Positions 63,274 through 64,000 of a DNA stretch of 64,000 nucleotides are shown one piece after another. Within the stretch, counting starts at the first letter, position 1, and the number at the start of each line of letters is the position of its first letter. The stretch comes from Microgenomates group bacterium GW2011_GWC1_46_15 (GTDB taxonomy: Bacteria; Patescibacteriota; Microgenomatia; UBA1400; UBA12028). A program made the translations under genes and the position numbers. The notes under the pieces were generated by a model that worked only from the letters and a program-made list of their open reading frames with translations, did not search any database and was not told the DNA's origin. The stretch covers positions 6,885-70,884 of the forward strand of contig LCLX01000004.1 of NCBI GenBank assembly GCA_001002285.1. The letters run 5' to 3'.

Positions 63274-64000
63274 AGTGATTCATACACATCAGCGATGTGC
63301 TCCCAAGTTTGTGCGACTGCCCATGTTTGCGCACCATGTACCGCTGATTTTTCACGCTCTGGATGGTCAATGATGTACATCATTTCCTGCGCGATATCTT
63401 CCGGCAAAGAAGAAACCGAGCACCATTGTACCGCGGGAAAACTTTTAAGATAGTCGCGCTTAATCGCGTTATTCCACTGCGCAAACACATATCTGCCGAT
63501 TTGCATTGCTTCGATCATACTTAAATACCGAGACACGCAGGCAAAACGGTATGTTGCAAGTATGATCTCCGGAGTTTTTGTGAGGCCTTTATACTTGATG
63601 TATGGCACATTTTCGATATGGGATTTGAGTTTCGACAACAGTGATCCTTCGCCATACATATCTAAGCTGATTTTTCCACGCAAAAGCTTCACTGCTTCAA
63701 TGTACGCAAGTACTCCCGTATCTTCATCAATTCTTCCAATAAATACCGCAGAATTCTCCCGAGGGGAACGGGAAGGTCGAGCCTTTCCGGCACCGTACAA
63801 AATCGCTGTAGGATGAGTTCCATACCATGTTTTCATCCACTCACCCACGCAAATATTTCCATGAGAAAGAAGCTCGGCTAGCTTTCGCGACCGAACCGCC
63901 TTCTGTGTTGGCGGCTGAGAACCCTCGTATCCATGAAACGTCGTGTAGACCGGTTTTGTTATATATATGAAGCGGAGCGGTAAGTACCACCAGAACACAT
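63255..64000 (-). CDS. GT4-type glycosyltransferase, C-terminal (GT-B) domain; 5'-partial (runs off the window end)
   Basis: EX7E-like region (GLVPIEAMQIGRYV-like). The ORF is still open at the window edge. Confidence 0.55.
   Translation of the reverse strand, partial: VFWWYLPLRFIYITKPVYTTFHGYEGSQPPTQKAVRSRKLAELLSHGNICVGEWMKTWYGTHPTAILYGAGKARPSRSPRENSAVFIGRIDEDTGVLAYIEAVKLLRGKISLDMYGEGSLLSKLKSHIENVPYIKYKGLTKTPEIILATYRFACVSRYLSMIEAMQIGRYVFAQWNNAIKRDYLKSFPAVQWCSVSSLPEDIAQEMMYIIDHPEREKSAVHGAQTWAVAQTWEHIADVYESLWQTSR

Overview
This 64 kb window looks like a compact, gene-dense bacterial chromosome segment (roughly mid-40s % GC by eye), almost entirely coding and mostly on the minus strand. The proteins look like a small-genome, possibly Patescibacteria/CPR-like organism, but I hold that only at low confidence. 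Standard genetic code: the very long genes (secA 926 aa, dnaE 1157 aa) are intact.

Housekeeping content: two-subunit 2-oxoacid:ferredoxin oxidoreductase plus ADP-forming acetyl-CoA synthetase; a one-carbon/methyl-cycle block (PfkB kinase, AhcY, SHMT); SecA, SerS, LysS, GreA; a complete F-type ATP synthase operon (atpB-E-F-H-A-G-D-C); L19, PyrG, DnaE, GatCAB, HtpX/LemA; five tRNAs (Glu, Lys, Asp, Gly, Thr). The last ~14 kb (50.1-64 kb) is a cell-surface glycan/glycosylation locus: sugar C-methyltransferase, GT4s, GT2s, Wzx flippase, Wzy/O-antigen-ligase-like protein, a YfhO-like GT-C, and a GT2-membrane fusion.

The most notable things I can support directly from the sequence:
1. A canonical T-box riboswitch in the serS leader (T-box sequence, 7-nt UGGC bulge antiterminator, terminator with U-run, and its own promoter).
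2. A consensus promoter plus intrinsic terminator bracketing a ~130-nt transcript with a 26-codon leaderless ORF and mutually exclusive antiterminator/terminator pairings (attenuator-like) inside an AT-rich island.
3. LysRS fused to a C-terminal YqeK-like HD phosphohydrolase domain.
4. A ~150-nt structured RNA element closed by a 15-bp helix between acd and korA.
5. Two AT-rich orphan gene cassettes driven by near-consensus sigma70 promoters (18.3-19.4 kb and 14.4-15.5 kb).
6. An ATP synthase delta subunit truncated to its C-terminal 71 aa.

No CRISPR array, integrase, transposase or rRNA is visible.
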